DNA of 64,000 nucleotides from a virus: positions 1-64,000 of the IMG/VR virus record IMGVR_UViG_3300044878_000051. One strand, written 5' to 3'. Position 1 is the stretch's first letter. The number at the start of each line of letters is the position of its first letter. The position numbers were made by a program, and so were the translations under genes. The notes beneath the pieces were generated by a model. That model saw nothing but the letters and a program-made list of their open reading frames with translations. It searched no databases and was not told where the DNA came from. Shown here piece after piece: positions 46,681 through 56,572 of this stretch.

Positions 46681-47529
46681 TTAAAACATCGAGAGAATGA
46701 TACCTTTAAAGACTGGATGTAACGGCTCAGCTTTAATGTCCGATCGCATCTTGTCCAGCGACGTCGTCGGATTCCAACGGCGTGCTTCGGCTAACTCAAT
46801 GATTTGTTTCTTTTCCTTTGCAGGAAAGGTGCCAAAATGAACCCCGTCACCAAAGAACTGTAACGTTACATGGTTGAAGGGCATTCTCGCAAGGTCCTTG
46901 CCTCCGGTCAGCTTGCTGTTCCAGGAAGTGTAGGACTTCACCTTGCCTGTGTGTGACTCTAACAGGCGAAGTTTGGTGAAGTTGTAGCGGGACAACAAAT
47001 CCACAGGCATGTGGGTGATGATCAAAGCATCGGCGTTGTTCCCAGCCAATTTGAGGTCTGACATCAGGATCGGTTCGAACACTGCGTCAGTCATCTTGGT
47101 AATCGCGGTGTCTTCCAAACCACGGAAGAACTGTTGCTTCTCTGTCTTCAACTCCCTATGAAAGCAGTGTGGGTATTCCCGCATGATGCTTTTATAAGAC
47201 TGACAGTAGAACACCACCTTGCAGCCACCGTGCGTGTAACGATCCACAGCGGCTTGGATGATCTGCATTTCTGAGGTTATCGCATCCACCAGAGGATCGG
47301 GGAACACCTTGCTTTGGTCAGCGGACGGGATCGCGCCAAGGATGTTCCTTATTAATGTACGCACGTTGATCCACAGCGCATTCGCTGAAAGGATCGGGGG
47401 TTTGTTCTTATGCTCCGGGTGGTCTTCCGAAATACCCAAAGCACTTTCAATCGCTAAAGCCGTAGCAATGGAAACGGGGACTTGCGTCCCCACCTCACGA
47501 TCAGCTAGGACTTGGTAGTACTTGTCCAT
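46681..47529 (-). CDS. Core conserved protein (phiKZ gp66-like, possible PIN/5'-nuclease-like fold)
   Basis: WINVRTL.RN, TH..VDLL, LLESHTG; synteny. Confidence 0.6.
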   Translation of the reverse strand: MDKYYQVLADREVGTQVPVSIATALAIESALGISEDHPEHKNKPPILSANALWINVRTLIRNILGAIPSADQSKVFPDPLVDAITSEMQIIQAAVDRYTHGGCKVVFYCQSYKSIMREYPHCFHRELKTEKQQFFRGLEDTAITKMTDAVFEPILMSDLKLAGNNADALIITHMPVDLLSRYNFTKLRLLESHTGKVKSYTSWNSKLTGGKDLARMPFNHVTLQFFGDGVHFGTFPAKEKKQIIELAEARRWNPTTSLDKMRSDIKAEPLHPVFKGIILSMF

Positions 47530-48637
47530 TCAACAACTCCTGAGTGGCTGCGATCAGCACGGGATCGTCAGTACGCTCCCGAACGCGTTTCATGACCATC
47601 TCAACAATATTGTCGGGAGTGATGGCAGCAGGAGTAAACGGAGTGATGATTGCGGAAACGGCTTCCCGGTTGATCTTCTCCCCGCCTACAGTTTTCTGAG
47701 TGAGCCAATGTAGCCTGTAACGATCCGTGACTTCCTTGAAGCCCACCAGTATCGGTGCACCCTTCTCGGCAATGACCCGCACATGACTGTCAATCGGCAT
47801 GGTGTTGATCAAGTTGTCGATCTTGGTGAGAGAGTCCTCAAGGTTCAGACCAGTGCAGTCCACAGACTTGTACAGCTTCGACCCTTCGTTCACGATGAAG
47901 CGAATCTCGTGGTCTAGGTTGTCCCGGTCTACAGCTACCCGGTAATGACCTTTGTCTTCTTCTTCACCATGGGTCAGTCGATCGAAAGAACCCGCAGCCA
48001 GAATGTTACCGTACTGCGAACGCTTGTGGATGTGGCCACCGAATACAAAGTACTTGGTGATCTCCATGTAACGCTCAGGAATATGCGTTGGCACTGGAAC
48101 GTGGGCTGGAAGCTGGTAGTTGAACGCACCGTGCAAGACAGTGAAGTCTACCTGTGTCAAACCCTTCTCATGCAATTCCTTACACACGTCTTTCCAAACG
48201 TCGTCGGTCTCGTGTTTCCATTCGTCTGGGACGTACAGAACATTGATACCGAAACGTTCGATGTGTTCAATCGACAACGACTCTACCCACTTGATGTCGC
48301 AGCCGATCCCGGCCACTTCATTCTCAGTGACAAAGTGCACCGATTGCTTCCAGTCGTGTGAAGGCGTGCCCTCCAGTATCCGCACCACAATGTCGCGGCG
48401 CTTACACATATTCAGGAACATGAACATCCAGCGACGAATCAGCGCGATGTTGGTGTCCGGGTATGTGGTCAGGCGGTCAAACAGATCGCCAGCAATAATG
48501 ATCAGATCCAGCTCACCGGTCTCAGCGTTATCGGGAAACGCTTTGTACAGGTTCTTCAGGATGTGTTCAGTGGAGGTTTTGTTGTGCAATAGGTGAACGT
48601 CCCCCAGCTCACCTATACGCAGCTTACGCCAGGTCAT
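47501..48637 (-). CDS. sbcD: SbcD/Mre11-like metallophosphoesterase nuclease (phiKZ gp65-like)
   Basis: GDVH, AGDLFD, GTPSHD, LHG, GHIH, GSFDRL. Confidence 0.9.
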   Translation of the reverse strand: MTWRKLRIGELGDVHLLHNKTSTEHILKNLYKAFPDNAETGELDLIIIAGDLFDRLTTYPDTNIALIRRWMFMFLNMCKRRDIVVRILEGTPSHDWKQSVHFVTENEVAGIGCDIKWVESLSIEHIERFGINVLYVPDEWKHETDDVWKDVCKELHEKGLTQVDFTVLHGAFNYQLPAHVPVPTHIPERYMEITKYFVFGGHIHKRSQYGNILAAGSFDRLTHGEEEDKGHYRVAVDRDNLDHEIRFIVNEGSKLYKSVDCTGLNLEDSLTKIDNLINTMPIDSHVRVIAEKGAPILVGFKEVTDRYRLHWLTQKTVGGEKINREAVSAIITPFTPAAITPDNIVEMVMKRVRERTDDPVLIAATQELLNGQVLPSPS

Positions 48638-49184
48638 ATTCGTCCGAAAGGAAATTACCTGTGTCCAACGCCGGAGTAACTGGAGCAGCCTTAGCCGCTT
48701 CAATCTCTTCAGGAGTGTCTGTGAAGGCCGTCACGTTGTAGAACGCAAAGACCTTACGCCACTCTGCGATCTCCTTCGGATCGAGCACACCGTCCTTCAT
48801 ACGGCCATTCAGCACGTTCTTCAGGTAACGCTGACCGAGCTTAGGTAGGACTTCGTCTTTCTGTACTGCTTTGGAAATGTGCTCGAACATCGAGTCACGA
48901 GGACCGTGGGCTTTGTGCAGGTTCATTGGGCGACCAATCGCCGGACACTTGAACAGGAACTCGTTACCACGCCACACAGTCAGGGGACGCTGGACCGAGT
49001 CCGACCAGCGGAGCCACGGACCGTAGTCCTTAACAGGTTCCTTGCTGATAATCATCGGGAGAATCGTGGTACGGAAGACGTCTTCCTGTACTCGGGGTAA
49101 ATCTTCTTCGAATGCTTTTGCCAATACTTCGAACGCGTTTTTAACTTCGTCTGTATTGGGTACCGGTGCGCTTAGTGGGTTCAT
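48624..49184 (-). CDS. Conserved hypothetical protein
   Basis: 186 aa ORF, AGGAG RBS. Confidence 0.7.
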   Translation of the reverse strand: MNPLSAPVPNTDEVKNAFEVLAKAFEEDLPRVQEDVFRTTILPMIISKEPVKDYGPWLRWSDSVQRPLTVWRGNEFLFKCPAIGRPMNLHKAHGPRDSMFEHISKAVQKDEVLPKLGQRYLKNVLNGRMKDGVLDPKEIAEWRKVFAFYNVTAFTDTPEEIEAAKAAPVTPALDTGNFLSDEYDLA

Positions 49185-49200
49185 TAGTTATTTCTCCTAC

Positions 49201-49234
49201 AAAACTCCTAGGGCTGTTATACCCTAGGAGTTTT
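49201..49234. terminator. Symmetric hairpin terminator
   Basis: AAAACTCCTAGGG/CCCTAGGAGTTTT perfect 13-bp stem. Confidence 0.8.
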
Positions 49235-49268
49235 GTATAAAGAGTTACGTTTGATTGATGGCGGTACT

Positions 49269-49799
49269 TTATTCAGACTGCTCGACGACGGCTACGGACG
49301 TTTCGTCCACAGGCTCGTCAGTCAAGCGGTGTACTTCAACGAAGTACACTTTGTTCGGCACTTGACCGACTTGTGCAGCGAATTCACGGGTGAGCAGTTC
49401 AACCATGATCGGTTCAACCGGCGCCGAGTCAAACACGTCTTCGCCGTCACGGCGAGTGTGAATGTTGAGCTGGTTCGGGCAGATCGGATGGTCAGGACCG
49501 TCCAGGTATACGCGGTACATACTATTAACAGACAGCGCTTCCAGGAAGGTGAACATGATCTGCGGGGCCGGTGGCGCTTGGTGATCGTGGTCGTGGTTGA
49601 GATGACCGAGCGCGCTCAACTGCGTGCGGTGCATCTGGTTCACGTTCACGGACAGGTCACGAATGGCCGACATGATGGTGTTTTCCAGGAAGTCAAGGCG
49701 CTTCTCCAGGAATTCCACTCGCTCCTGAGTTGTAGGCTTGGCTGGCTGACGTGGGTCTGGAGTGTGCAGGTTATGCAGGTCTTGGTCTTTAGGTAGCAT
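49269..49799 (-). CDS. Hypothetical protein with short coiled coil
   Basis: 176 aa ORF. Confidence 0.7.
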   Translation of the reverse strand: MLPKDQDLHNLHTPDPRQPAKPTTQERVEFLEKRLDFLENTIMSAIRDLSVNVNQMHRTQLSALGHLNHDHDHQAPPAPQIMFTFLEALSVNSMYRVYLDGPDHPICPNQLNIHTRRDGEDVFDSAPVEPIMVELLTREFAAQVGQVPNKVYFVEVHRLTDEPVDETSVAVVEQSE

Positions 49800-49808
49800 T
49801 CTCTTTCC

Positions 49809-50213
49809 TTATTTACCGTTGTTTGCATCGAAGATCGCTACAACCTTCGAATTGATGATTTGAAGTTGCTTACCCACGCTGTACGAGACACCGTCTTGGC
49901 CAACCGTTGCATCCACCATGAGATTTAACTCCCCCGGTTTGTTGGGGTCATCAACCGTAACTGTCACGTCCACTTGGACTCGGTCAAAGTATGGTCTTAG
50001 CAAGTTGGTCAGAGCCTTGTTGGTTTCTGACAGCAATAGGCTTTGGTTTTCCGTAGTGATCTTGATGATGTACGGAAGCGAAGCAATGTTGCCACGGTAC
50101 AGGTGGCTCTGGGAGTAATCACTTACAAAGAAGTAACCTACCAGCTTGTCGAGTTTCTCTGAAATGTTCCCTACCCAACCGGAAGCACTCAGACTAGGTA
50201 CTTGCACTGCCAT
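49809..50213 (-). CDS. Core protein (phiKZ gp62-like, gp25/sheath-initiator-like)
   Basis: PSLS..GWV, SDYSQS motifs; synteny. Confidence 0.55.
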   Translation of the reverse strand: MAVQVPSLSASGWVGNISEKLDKLVGYFFVSDYSQSHLYRGNIASLPYIIKITTENQSLLLSETNKALTNLLRPYFDRVQVDVTVTVDDPNKPGELNLMVDATVGQDGVSYSVGKQLQIINSKVVAIFDANNGK

Positions 50214-50264
50214 GAGATGGCCCTCCTATGAGATCATAGAATGGCTCAACTCTTGCAGCCCAAC

Positions 50265-50295
50265 AAAAAAAGAAGGGGAGCCGAAGCCCCCTTTC
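50265..50295 (-). terminator. Intrinsic terminator
   Basis: C-TTCG-G hairpin with T tract. Confidence 0.8.
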
Positions 50296-50298
50296 AAT

Positions 50299-50916
50299 TT
50301 ACAGTGAGGCGTTGTACTTACTGGTCGGGTCATCCCGACGCTTACGGATTTCTCGGATGATGTTCAGGCAGGAGTCTTTCAAGTCCATCTGTTCATCGAA
50401 CCGGAGTTCGTGGTCGCCTTCCAACAACTCGTCGAAGAAGGTCCACGCTACCCAGCCACCATCTTCGGTCTCTTCGATGATACCGTTGTTGAGACGGTGG
50501 TAGTCGTAGTGACCGTGGCCAATCGCATTACCGTGGATGTTCTGATAGGTATCAGAGTAGCCATCAATCTGCTGGGCCAAGAACATTTTGCGGATTGTCG
50601 GGTCAGCCATGATGTACCGCTGCATGACTATTGGAGCATGTTGCATTTGCGCAATCGTTGTCAGATGCTTGATTACGTCAGCATCCCACATCGTCTGGAC
50701 TGTACGCACCGCTGCACGCGCAGCACGTAAAGCGTTGTCCCCGAAGAAATGTGCCCACTTCTCCCGAGCTGTGTCCATGAACATCCTACCCGTGTCTGTC
50801 AGGTTCTGCGACAGGTTCATCGCTTGGTCTTTCAGATACTCAATGGTATTCTGGTCACGCGGTGCATACGCCAACTCGTTAAAAGCTAGGGTACCACCTT
50901 CAATGTACATCGCCAT
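50299..50916 (-). CDS. Core conserved protein (phiKZ gp59-like)
   Basis: MQRYIMA.P, GYSDTY, DPTS motifs; synteny after nvRNAP beta'. Confidence 0.55.
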   Translation of the reverse strand: MAMYIEGGTLAFNELAYAPRDQNTIEYLKDQAMNLSQNLTDTGRMFMDTAREKWAHFFGDNALRAARAAVRTVQTMWDADVIKHLTTIAQMQHAPIVMQRYIMADPTIRKMFLAQQIDGYSDTYQNIHGNAIGHGHYDYHRLNNGIIEETEDGGWVAWTFFDELLEGDHELRFDEQMDLKDSCLNIIREIRKRRDDPTSKYNASL

Positions 50917-50959
50917 GGTTACGCTCCTTCCTCACATACCTTACGGACGGGATGTAAAG

Positions 50960-51238
50960 TTAAACAAGGGAGAAGCCCCGCTGTTCCAGCCATTCTGCCG
51001 AAGAGTTAGAAGCCACCAGTGCCATCGAGTCATCGTCACCGGTTACGAGGTACAGGTCGTACTGGATCTTGCCTTCAGTTTCGCGCTTGCGAGTGGTGAA
51101 GGAGATCTTGCGTTCCTCCAGTTCATCACGCATCTTGGCGAAGTCTTCAGGGGTTTGCTTTACCAGGGTAAGGTACATTGCGGGCGTACTACTCTGCCCG
51201 GTTTTCACCATCTCCACTATTTTATCAACATTACACAT
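50960..51238 (-). CDS. Hypothetical protein
   Basis: 92 aa ORF, AAGGA RBS. Confidence 0.65.
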   Translation of the reverse strand: MCNVDKIVEMVKTGQSSTPAMYLTLVKQTPEDFAKMRDELEERKISFTTRKRETEGKIQYDLYLVTGDDDSMALVASNSSAEWLEQRGFSLV

Positions 51239-51291
51239 AATCGACTTTTCCTTAAAAGCGTGGGGGCACTAAGACCCCCACAGATTCGGGG

Positions 51292-52713
51292 TTACCTGCC
51301 GTGATGGATAAAGTTGGCGATCGTGGCGATCATTGTGGAGGAGAGACTCACGTGTCCCGAGATTGCTCTAGGGGTACGCAGGTCCAACACACCGTTCTTG
51401 GGCGCCAGCGGGTCCAGCTTTTCCAGGGTAGTATGATCCAGAATCACAATGCCGTTCAGGGCATCGCCGTCAAAGTCAGCGTTCATCCCGGAAAGGATGT
51501 TCACAGACGGGCTGATGGTGTTGATTGCTGGATTCGTTTTAACACGTTTCACGTAGAGCCGTTGCGCTGACAGACGAGTCAGGGTCGGGTTCCGCTGGAA
51601 GATCACTGGAATACCGCCACGAGGCGCTTCAGCAATCAGTTCCTTGAACAGCTCATCAAGGAGCGGGTGGTAGCACAGGGTGTTCTCGAACAGAAACTTG
51701 TTAGCTTCGTTCGGGGTGTAGCCGCGTTTCAGTAGTTTGTTGGTCAGGTGAATCTTGAACGTCATCACCGACAGAGACCATGGAAGTTCCAAGTCTTCGT
51801 AGTGGTGAGGATCAGACAGCGAGGAAATCACTGCACGGAAGGAGAAGCTATCCCGTGATCCAAAGATGTGCTTACGGTACCAACCAGGTTTACCGCCCAA
51901 CTGTGTGGAGATAAACGGGGCATAATAAGCTACCAACATGTTCAACGCTTTGATCGTACGCAACTCGATCTCACGCTGACGCAGGGGTGTAGGTGAGTTC
52001 TCAATACTGCTGAACGCTCGCATGGCGTTTACCGCTGGAGTCATCCCGGTGTCGGCGTAAGTGCCGGTAGCGGTGTTCTCCGTGATAAACGTGATACGAC
52101 TCGGACAAGGCAGATACTTACAGAAGATCTCCTTACGGTACATCTCAATGAACGTGAGAGTGTCGTCCATTTGTTGCTGGTTCTTGTTGTTCGGAAGGAT
52201 CTCCCGCAAGAACAGGTTCATCAACTGGTCAAAGTGACGGTAGAAGGTATTGATCCCTCGACCGAGCTGCAACGACTTGATGTAGTCCAAGACGTTGTTG
52301 GCGTCTTGGTTGGGCGGTTGATAGCCTGGGTTTGTAATCCAGTCCAGCAGGTTCACCCCTTTGTACAGGAAGATCGGTTTCAGTACGTGGAAGGCCCACG
52401 GGTTGATCAGTGTGTCCACGCCACGGGGTGTGGTGATCCACAGGAGCGATTCTAGCGGTCGTTCCGTAACAGACATACAGGTGAACCCGCAGTCGTCGCA
52501 GACAACCCCTACGTTGTGCTCGTACTTAACCTTCTTGCACTCACATGACGGGATCACGTCCAAGGTATCACCCTCGTAACGTGACATGATCATGCGGTTG
52601 AGCTTCTCCCGGTCTTCTTCGGTAGTGACATCGAAGTCGTTGATAATCACTGGAGCTGACGTCAAGCTATTGAACAACTCGTCGTGATCAACAATAACTG
52701 CTTCTACACCCAT
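51292..52713 (-). CDS. Non-virion RNA polymerase beta' N-terminal catalytic subunit (phiKZ gp55-56.1-like)
   Basis: CEC..CDDCG zinc finger, GKPG..RKHIFGSR, RAVI, RNPTL, NADFDGD. Confidence 0.95.
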   Translation of the reverse strand: MGVEAVIVDHDELFNSLTSAPVIINDFDVTTEEDREKLNRMIMSRYEGDTLDVIPSCECKKVKYEHNVGVVCDDCGFTCMSVTERPLESLLWITTPRGVDTLINPWAFHVLKPIFLYKGVNLLDWITNPGYQPPNQDANNVLDYIKSLQLGRGINTFYRHFDQLMNLFLREILPNNKNQQQMDDTLTFIEMYRKEIFCKYLPCPSRITFITENTATGTYADTGMTPAVNAMRAFSSIENSPTPLRQREIELRTIKALNMLVAYYAPFISTQLGGKPGWYRKHIFGSRDSFSFRAVISSLSDPHHYEDLELPWSLSVMTFKIHLTNKLLKRGYTPNEANKFLFENTLCYHPLLDELFKELIAEAPRGGIPVIFQRNPTLTRLSAQRLYVKRVKTNPAINTISPSVNILSGMNADFDGDALNGIVILDHTTLEKLDPLAPKNGVLDLRTPRAISGHVSLSSTMIATIANFIHHGR

Positions 52714-52734
52714 GGGAGGTTCTCCTAAAAATAC

Positions 52735-52771
52735 CGGACATAAAAAGAAAAGGGGCGCGAACGCCCCTTTC
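52735..52771 (-). terminator. Terminator after chimallin
   Basis: AAAGGGGCG-TTCG-CGCCCCTTT, TTTTTATGTCC tail. Confidence 0.9.
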
Positions 52772-52789
52772 ATTACCGCTTAGCCGAAC

Positions 52790-54799
52790 TTAGTTACGAC
52801 CCCAGTTGCCGGTGAACGGCGAGCTGAAGAGGCGGGAGTTCTGCTGGGTAGCGGTGCCGTAGTTGAAGAAGTCACCCACGTTCTGGTTGACGACCAGGTG
52901 ATCCAGAGCGTAACCACCGCGCTGTACCAGGTTGGCGTTGTCATCCAGACCTTTGGCAGGACGGACGTTCAGGCCGGACTTCACGATGGCTGCCGACAGT
53001 GCGTCCAAGAACGCGTTGTCGAAGCTGACGCGACGAGCGAAGCCTTTGATCACGATGTCGCCAGAGATCAGTTGACGCAGGATCGCCTTGCGCTGATCCA
53101 GACGGACTTCCAGTGCGATGTTGGTGTTGCGGTGGGTATCTTCCCACGCTTCAACCAGCTTCGGATTGGTTTTGCCGGCCAGGTTCAGGATTGCAACGTA
53201 GTCCAGTTCACGCAGGTCACGACGATTGCCTTCGCGATCGTAGTAGTAGCCCAGGTGAATACGGTCTTGGTCGTCGTAGCAAACCGGCGCGTTGGCGTTG
53301 AACAGGGTCTGGAAGTGACCCATGGTCAGGTTGTTGGCTGCTTGCAGGATCGCCAGGCGAGCATCTTCGTTGCCGTTGGCGGCAGCGATGAAGGTCTGGT
53401 GAATCCAGGACAGCTCACCGGCTTCTTCGATGTCCAGGGTGTAGATCAGCTTCGGAGCGATCAGCATGTTGATCAGTTGGCGCATTTCGTTGTCGCCGAA
53501 TTCAGCGGAACGAGTGTCCAGACGATCAGGTTTTGCTTGCGGATCACCAGTCAGGTTGATCTCGTAGCCCAGGGCGCCGAGGTCCTTCAGGTCAACGTCG
53601 TTGCCTTTGCCCTTGTGAGTACGGAAAGTACCCGACCAGTGCATGTTGCGGTTCAGGCCGAGTGCAGTCGACAGAGCCAGCAGTTGCAGTTCCATGGTGA
53701 CGGCGTCAGTCATGGTGTCGATGGTGGTCATGACCAGACGAGGCTGGTACATTTGAGTAGCCATCGGCTGCTGCTGTTGGAACATGTTGCCCATTTGCTG
53801 AGCAGGCTGGAAGCCGGCTGCGGCAGGTTGGTACATCAGGTCAACGTACGCGGTCACGCGGGTCAGTTGACGGGACTGTTGCAGGCCGAATTGCGCATCG
53901 GTCTGGGTCTGTGCGCTCATGCCGACGATGATGTCGCCACGAACTGGCAGGCCGACGATGTTCTCTTCATGCTGACGGGTGAAGTCAACACGAGCGATCA
54001 TCTGGTCGTTGGCGCCAACTTCGCCGAGGGTGAACGGTTCTTCAACCGAACCCAGCTTGTTGTCCATGATGGTGTACACCGCCTGGGTGGCGTTGTGCAA
54101 CAGACGGTTGAAGCGCTGCTCGGTGAAGTCTTCGGTTTCGCTGTTGACGATCACGCAGCCGCCGTCGTGAACCAGGGCGTTGATGCCGTAGCTGTCGATG
54201 ACGAACTTTTCCAGCACCGACCAGTAGGACTTGTGCAGGTAGATGTCGCCGGCAACGACGTCGACTTCAACTTGCTGACCGTTCAGGTTGACGGTGGAGC
54301 TTTCCAGCGGAGAACCCGAGGATTCAACCATCAGGCTGTAAACCGCGATGTGGTTCTGACCGCCGACGGCTTCCTTGTAGCAGACCAGGATCGAGCTGTA
54401 GGTGACCGGGGTAGCGTTGTTGTCCAGAACCAGGAGACGGAAGTCAGCTTTCTGCTGTTCGTTCATGGTTTTGGCGATGCGGTCTTTCAGGCCTTGAAAG
54501 ATTACGCTTACGTCTTCGCCGGCCATGTTACGGCCAACGGGACGACGGTGGTTGGCGTTGATGTCGAGGACCGAACGGCCACGGCTACCAACACGAGAGG
54601 ACGGCTGATTCACGTTTGCACCTGCTTGAGCGAAAGACTGTTGTTGGGATTGGGTTTGTTGCTGTTGAGCTTGCGCCTGTGGCTGCTCAGCCTGTGGAGC
54701 CGACTGAGAGGCCTGGGGATTCAAACCTGCCGTACGCATGGCTTCGGCCATTGCATTGTTCGGAGGAGTTTGGTTGTCGCGGTTTTTCTGGACGGCCAT
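52790..54799 (-). CDS. chmA: Chimallin, major phage nuclear shell protein
   Basis: 669 aa, disordered N-terminus, IHLGYY...RDLRELDY..LN motif, strongly biased codons, directly upstream of nvRNAP beta'. Confidence 0.9.
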   Translation of the reverse strand: MAVQKNRDNQTPPNNAMAEAMRTAGLNPQASQSAPQAEQPQAQAQQQQTQSQQQSFAQAGANVNQPSSRVGSRGRSVLDINANHRRPVGRNMAGEDVSVIFQGLKDRIAKTMNEQQKADFRLLVLDNNATPVTYSSILVCYKEAVGGQNHIAVYSLMVESSGSPLESSTVNLNGQQVEVDVVAGDIYLHKSYWSVLEKFVIDSYGINALVHDGGCVIVNSETEDFTEQRFNRLLHNATQAVYTIMDNKLGSVEEPFTLGEVGANDQMIARVDFTRQHEENIVGLPVRGDIIVGMSAQTQTDAQFGLQQSRQLTRVTAYVDLMYQPAAAGFQPAQQMGNMFQQQQPMATQMYQPRLVMTTIDTMTDAVTMELQLLALSTALGLNRNMHWSGTFRTHKGKGNDVDLKDLGALGYEINLTGDPQAKPDRLDTRSAEFGDNEMRQLINMLIAPKLIYTLDIEEAGELSWIHQTFIAAANGNEDARLAILQAANNLTMGHFQTLFNANAPVCYDDQDRIHLGYYYDREGNRRDLRELDYVAILNLAGKTNPKLVEAWEDTHRNTNIALEVRLDQRKAILRQLISGDIVIKGFARRVSFDNAFLDALSAAIVKSGLNVRPAKGLDDNANLVQRGGYALDHLVVNQNVGDFFNYGTATQQNSRLFSSPFTGNWGRN

Positions 54800-54882
54800 C
54801 TCTGGTTCCTTTCTTTTCGATTTCGAGGGTTACTAGCACAACATTAGCCAATGCACTATTCTAATACATTTACTGCTAAGTG

Positions 54883-54910
54883 TTCATGTTGGTAATATGT
54901 GGCTCAAATT
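54883..54910 (-). promoter_or_regulatory. Early promoter of chimallin
   Basis: TTTGAGCCA-CATATTAC-N5-TGAA. Confidence 0.8.
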
Positions 54911-55022
54911 GGTTTGAATCAACTATTACCGATTCTTCGGATCATGCGCCCATATTCACTAAGTGCTCATCGCACCCAGAAGGATCATTTTCCTTATAAG
55001 ATATAGTAGCGTATGTATTCTT

Positions 55023-55313
55023 TTACTTAATCAGGGTATTGCTCAGCACACAGTGGACGTAGTGCCCTGCCGCTTTAGCTGCTTTGCGAGCATCTTGCTC
55101 AGCCAACGATTCCAGCAATTGCTTGGAGTCGTGAGGGAACTCGGTGATAGTGTGGCCCCGATCCTTGGAGATACCCAAGACAACGTGACGTTCGTAGACT
55201 CTACGCTTAGCCTTCTTAGGCTTGTCTGGGACTTCCACCACAGGAGCGCTTCCAGTAGCACGAGCAATGTCGAGGCGCAGTTGGGATTCCCAGTCTTTCA
55301 ATTCTTTGGTCAT
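55023..55313 (-). CDS. Small basic early protein
   Basis: 96 aa, GGAG RBS, early promoter upstream. Confidence 0.65.
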   Translation of the reverse strand: MTKELKDWESQLRLDIARATGSAPVVEVPDKPKKAKRRVYERHVVLGISKDRGHTITEFPHDSKQLLESLAEQDARKAAKAAGHYVHCVLSNTLIK

Positions 55314-55366
55314 AGCGATTCAACTCCACAGTTGAGATAGATTAGTGATAGCTTTAGGTGTGGTCT

Positions 55367-55394
55367 ATCACGAGGATAATATGTATTTCAAATT
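55367..55394 (-). promoter_or_regulatory. Early promoter
   Basis: TTTGAAATA-CATATTAT-N5-TGAT. Confidence 0.7.
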
Positions 55395-55423
55395 CCTTTG
55401 AATCCAGTTTAAGGGCGCCTACC

Positions 55424-56524
55424 ATGTACACCCTCTTTAATGAAACAATCTGGGGTTCGAGCGGTGTTACTATTACTTACCCCAAATACGAGCAAGCCCT
55501 CAAAGGTCTACGTTTGAATTTGGAGCGAGTGGTTGACTACAACCGTCAATACCCCAGAGCTACCAACAGTAATCACTTCCTCGTGAAATTGCTGCAATCC
55601 CTTAACGTACCATTAAGCATGGACGTCAACATTTACAGGGACCGAGTCGCCGAGGTGGCTGAAGGTGTGGGGATGGCCTTGAACCTGACCTCTTCCTTAT
55701 ATAGAGGCCGAGTGTTCAGTCCCGGTGTGTTCTACGGGAAAGGGTCTTACGAGATCATCATTGCCCACTCTGAAGATTGGGACATTAGCAACATTGAGGA
55801 CGAGTGGGAGAACTATCGCCCAGTTACCTTCCTGACTCATCCCAAGACTGACTTGGACATTGATCTACCAGAAGGACTACAGAACAGTTCAGAGACTGGG
55901 TTGTCGGTGATTCTGGTGAACGTACCGATGTTGGCCTGTCAGTACAAGATGTGGCGGATGCGGGAGTGGTCACAGAACTCTGAGGCCCAGCGCACCAAGA
56001 TGCAGTTCGTGGCGTCTTACCCGTTGACCAACATGTTGCACTCCCAGTTGGACTTGGCGATCCTGAATCGCTTCCAGCACATCTACCGGGGTGAGCCTTG
56101 TGCACGTTCCCTACTGCGTCGTCCGTTTGCTTTGACTGACTGGTATCCGAATGTGGACTTTGCTCTGGATCAGATGTCGGTGGACTTCCGTAAAAGGAAG
56201 ATGTCGTTCGACCAAGCGCTGATGTGGATCAAGGGTGTGTCTAACTGGACGCTGCGTGATGCTGTACGTATTCCGTCAATGGCACCTACCCGACAAGTGG
56301 TGTGGGCTTTGGGGATGGCTCGAGCTTCTCTGGTCAAGTTCTTATTGGACTGGACTGTGGAAACCGGGAACGACCGTAATAAACAGTACGCGAACATCAT
56401 CCAGTTGGAAACTAGTCGACTGATGAATGACAGTGCACTGCGTGGTGCGTTACCCCCAGTGGCCACTAAGCTCTGGGAAGACATCTTCAAAGCAATCGTC
56501 ATAAAAGCTAAATCGGTACGGTAA
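55424..56524 (+). CDS. Core conserved protein (phiKZ gp52-like)
   Basis: Start MYTLF; opposite orientation between DNA polymerase and chimallin. Confidence 0.65.
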   Translation: MYTLFNETIWGSSGVTITYPKYEQALKGLRLNLERVVDYNRQYPRATNSNHFLVKLLQSLNVPLSMDVNIYRDRVAEVAEGVGMALNLTSSLYRGRVFSPGVFYGKGSYEIIIAHSEDWDISNIEDEWENYRPVTFLTHPKTDLDIDLPEGLQNSSETGLSVILVNVPMLACQYKMWRMREWSQNSEAQRTKMQFVASYPLTNMLHSQLDLAILNRFQHIYRGEPCARSLLRRPFALTDWYPNVDFALDQMSVDFRKRKMSFDQALMWIKGVSNWTLRDAVRIPSMAPTRQVVWALGMARASLVKFLLDWTVETGNDRNKQYANIIQLETSRLMNDSALRGALPPVATKLWEDIFKAIVIKAKSVR

Positions 56525-56572
56525 GCTAAACAGCCAGGGCTCGACGCCCTGGCTGTTTAGCCTTTATGCCGC
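56525..56572. terminator. Bidirectional terminator
   Basis: Perfect 16-bp GCTAAACAGCCAGGGC/GCCCTGGCTGTTTAGC, TTTATGCCGC tail. Confidence 0.9.

Noticed and set aside
52898-54847. Long antisense ORFs (e.g. 52898-54847, 42673-44214, 29050-30630, 9817-11328, 8081-9238, 6378-7733)
   Set aside because: Shadow frames of codon-biased real genes; V/H/Q-rich, no motifs or RBS.
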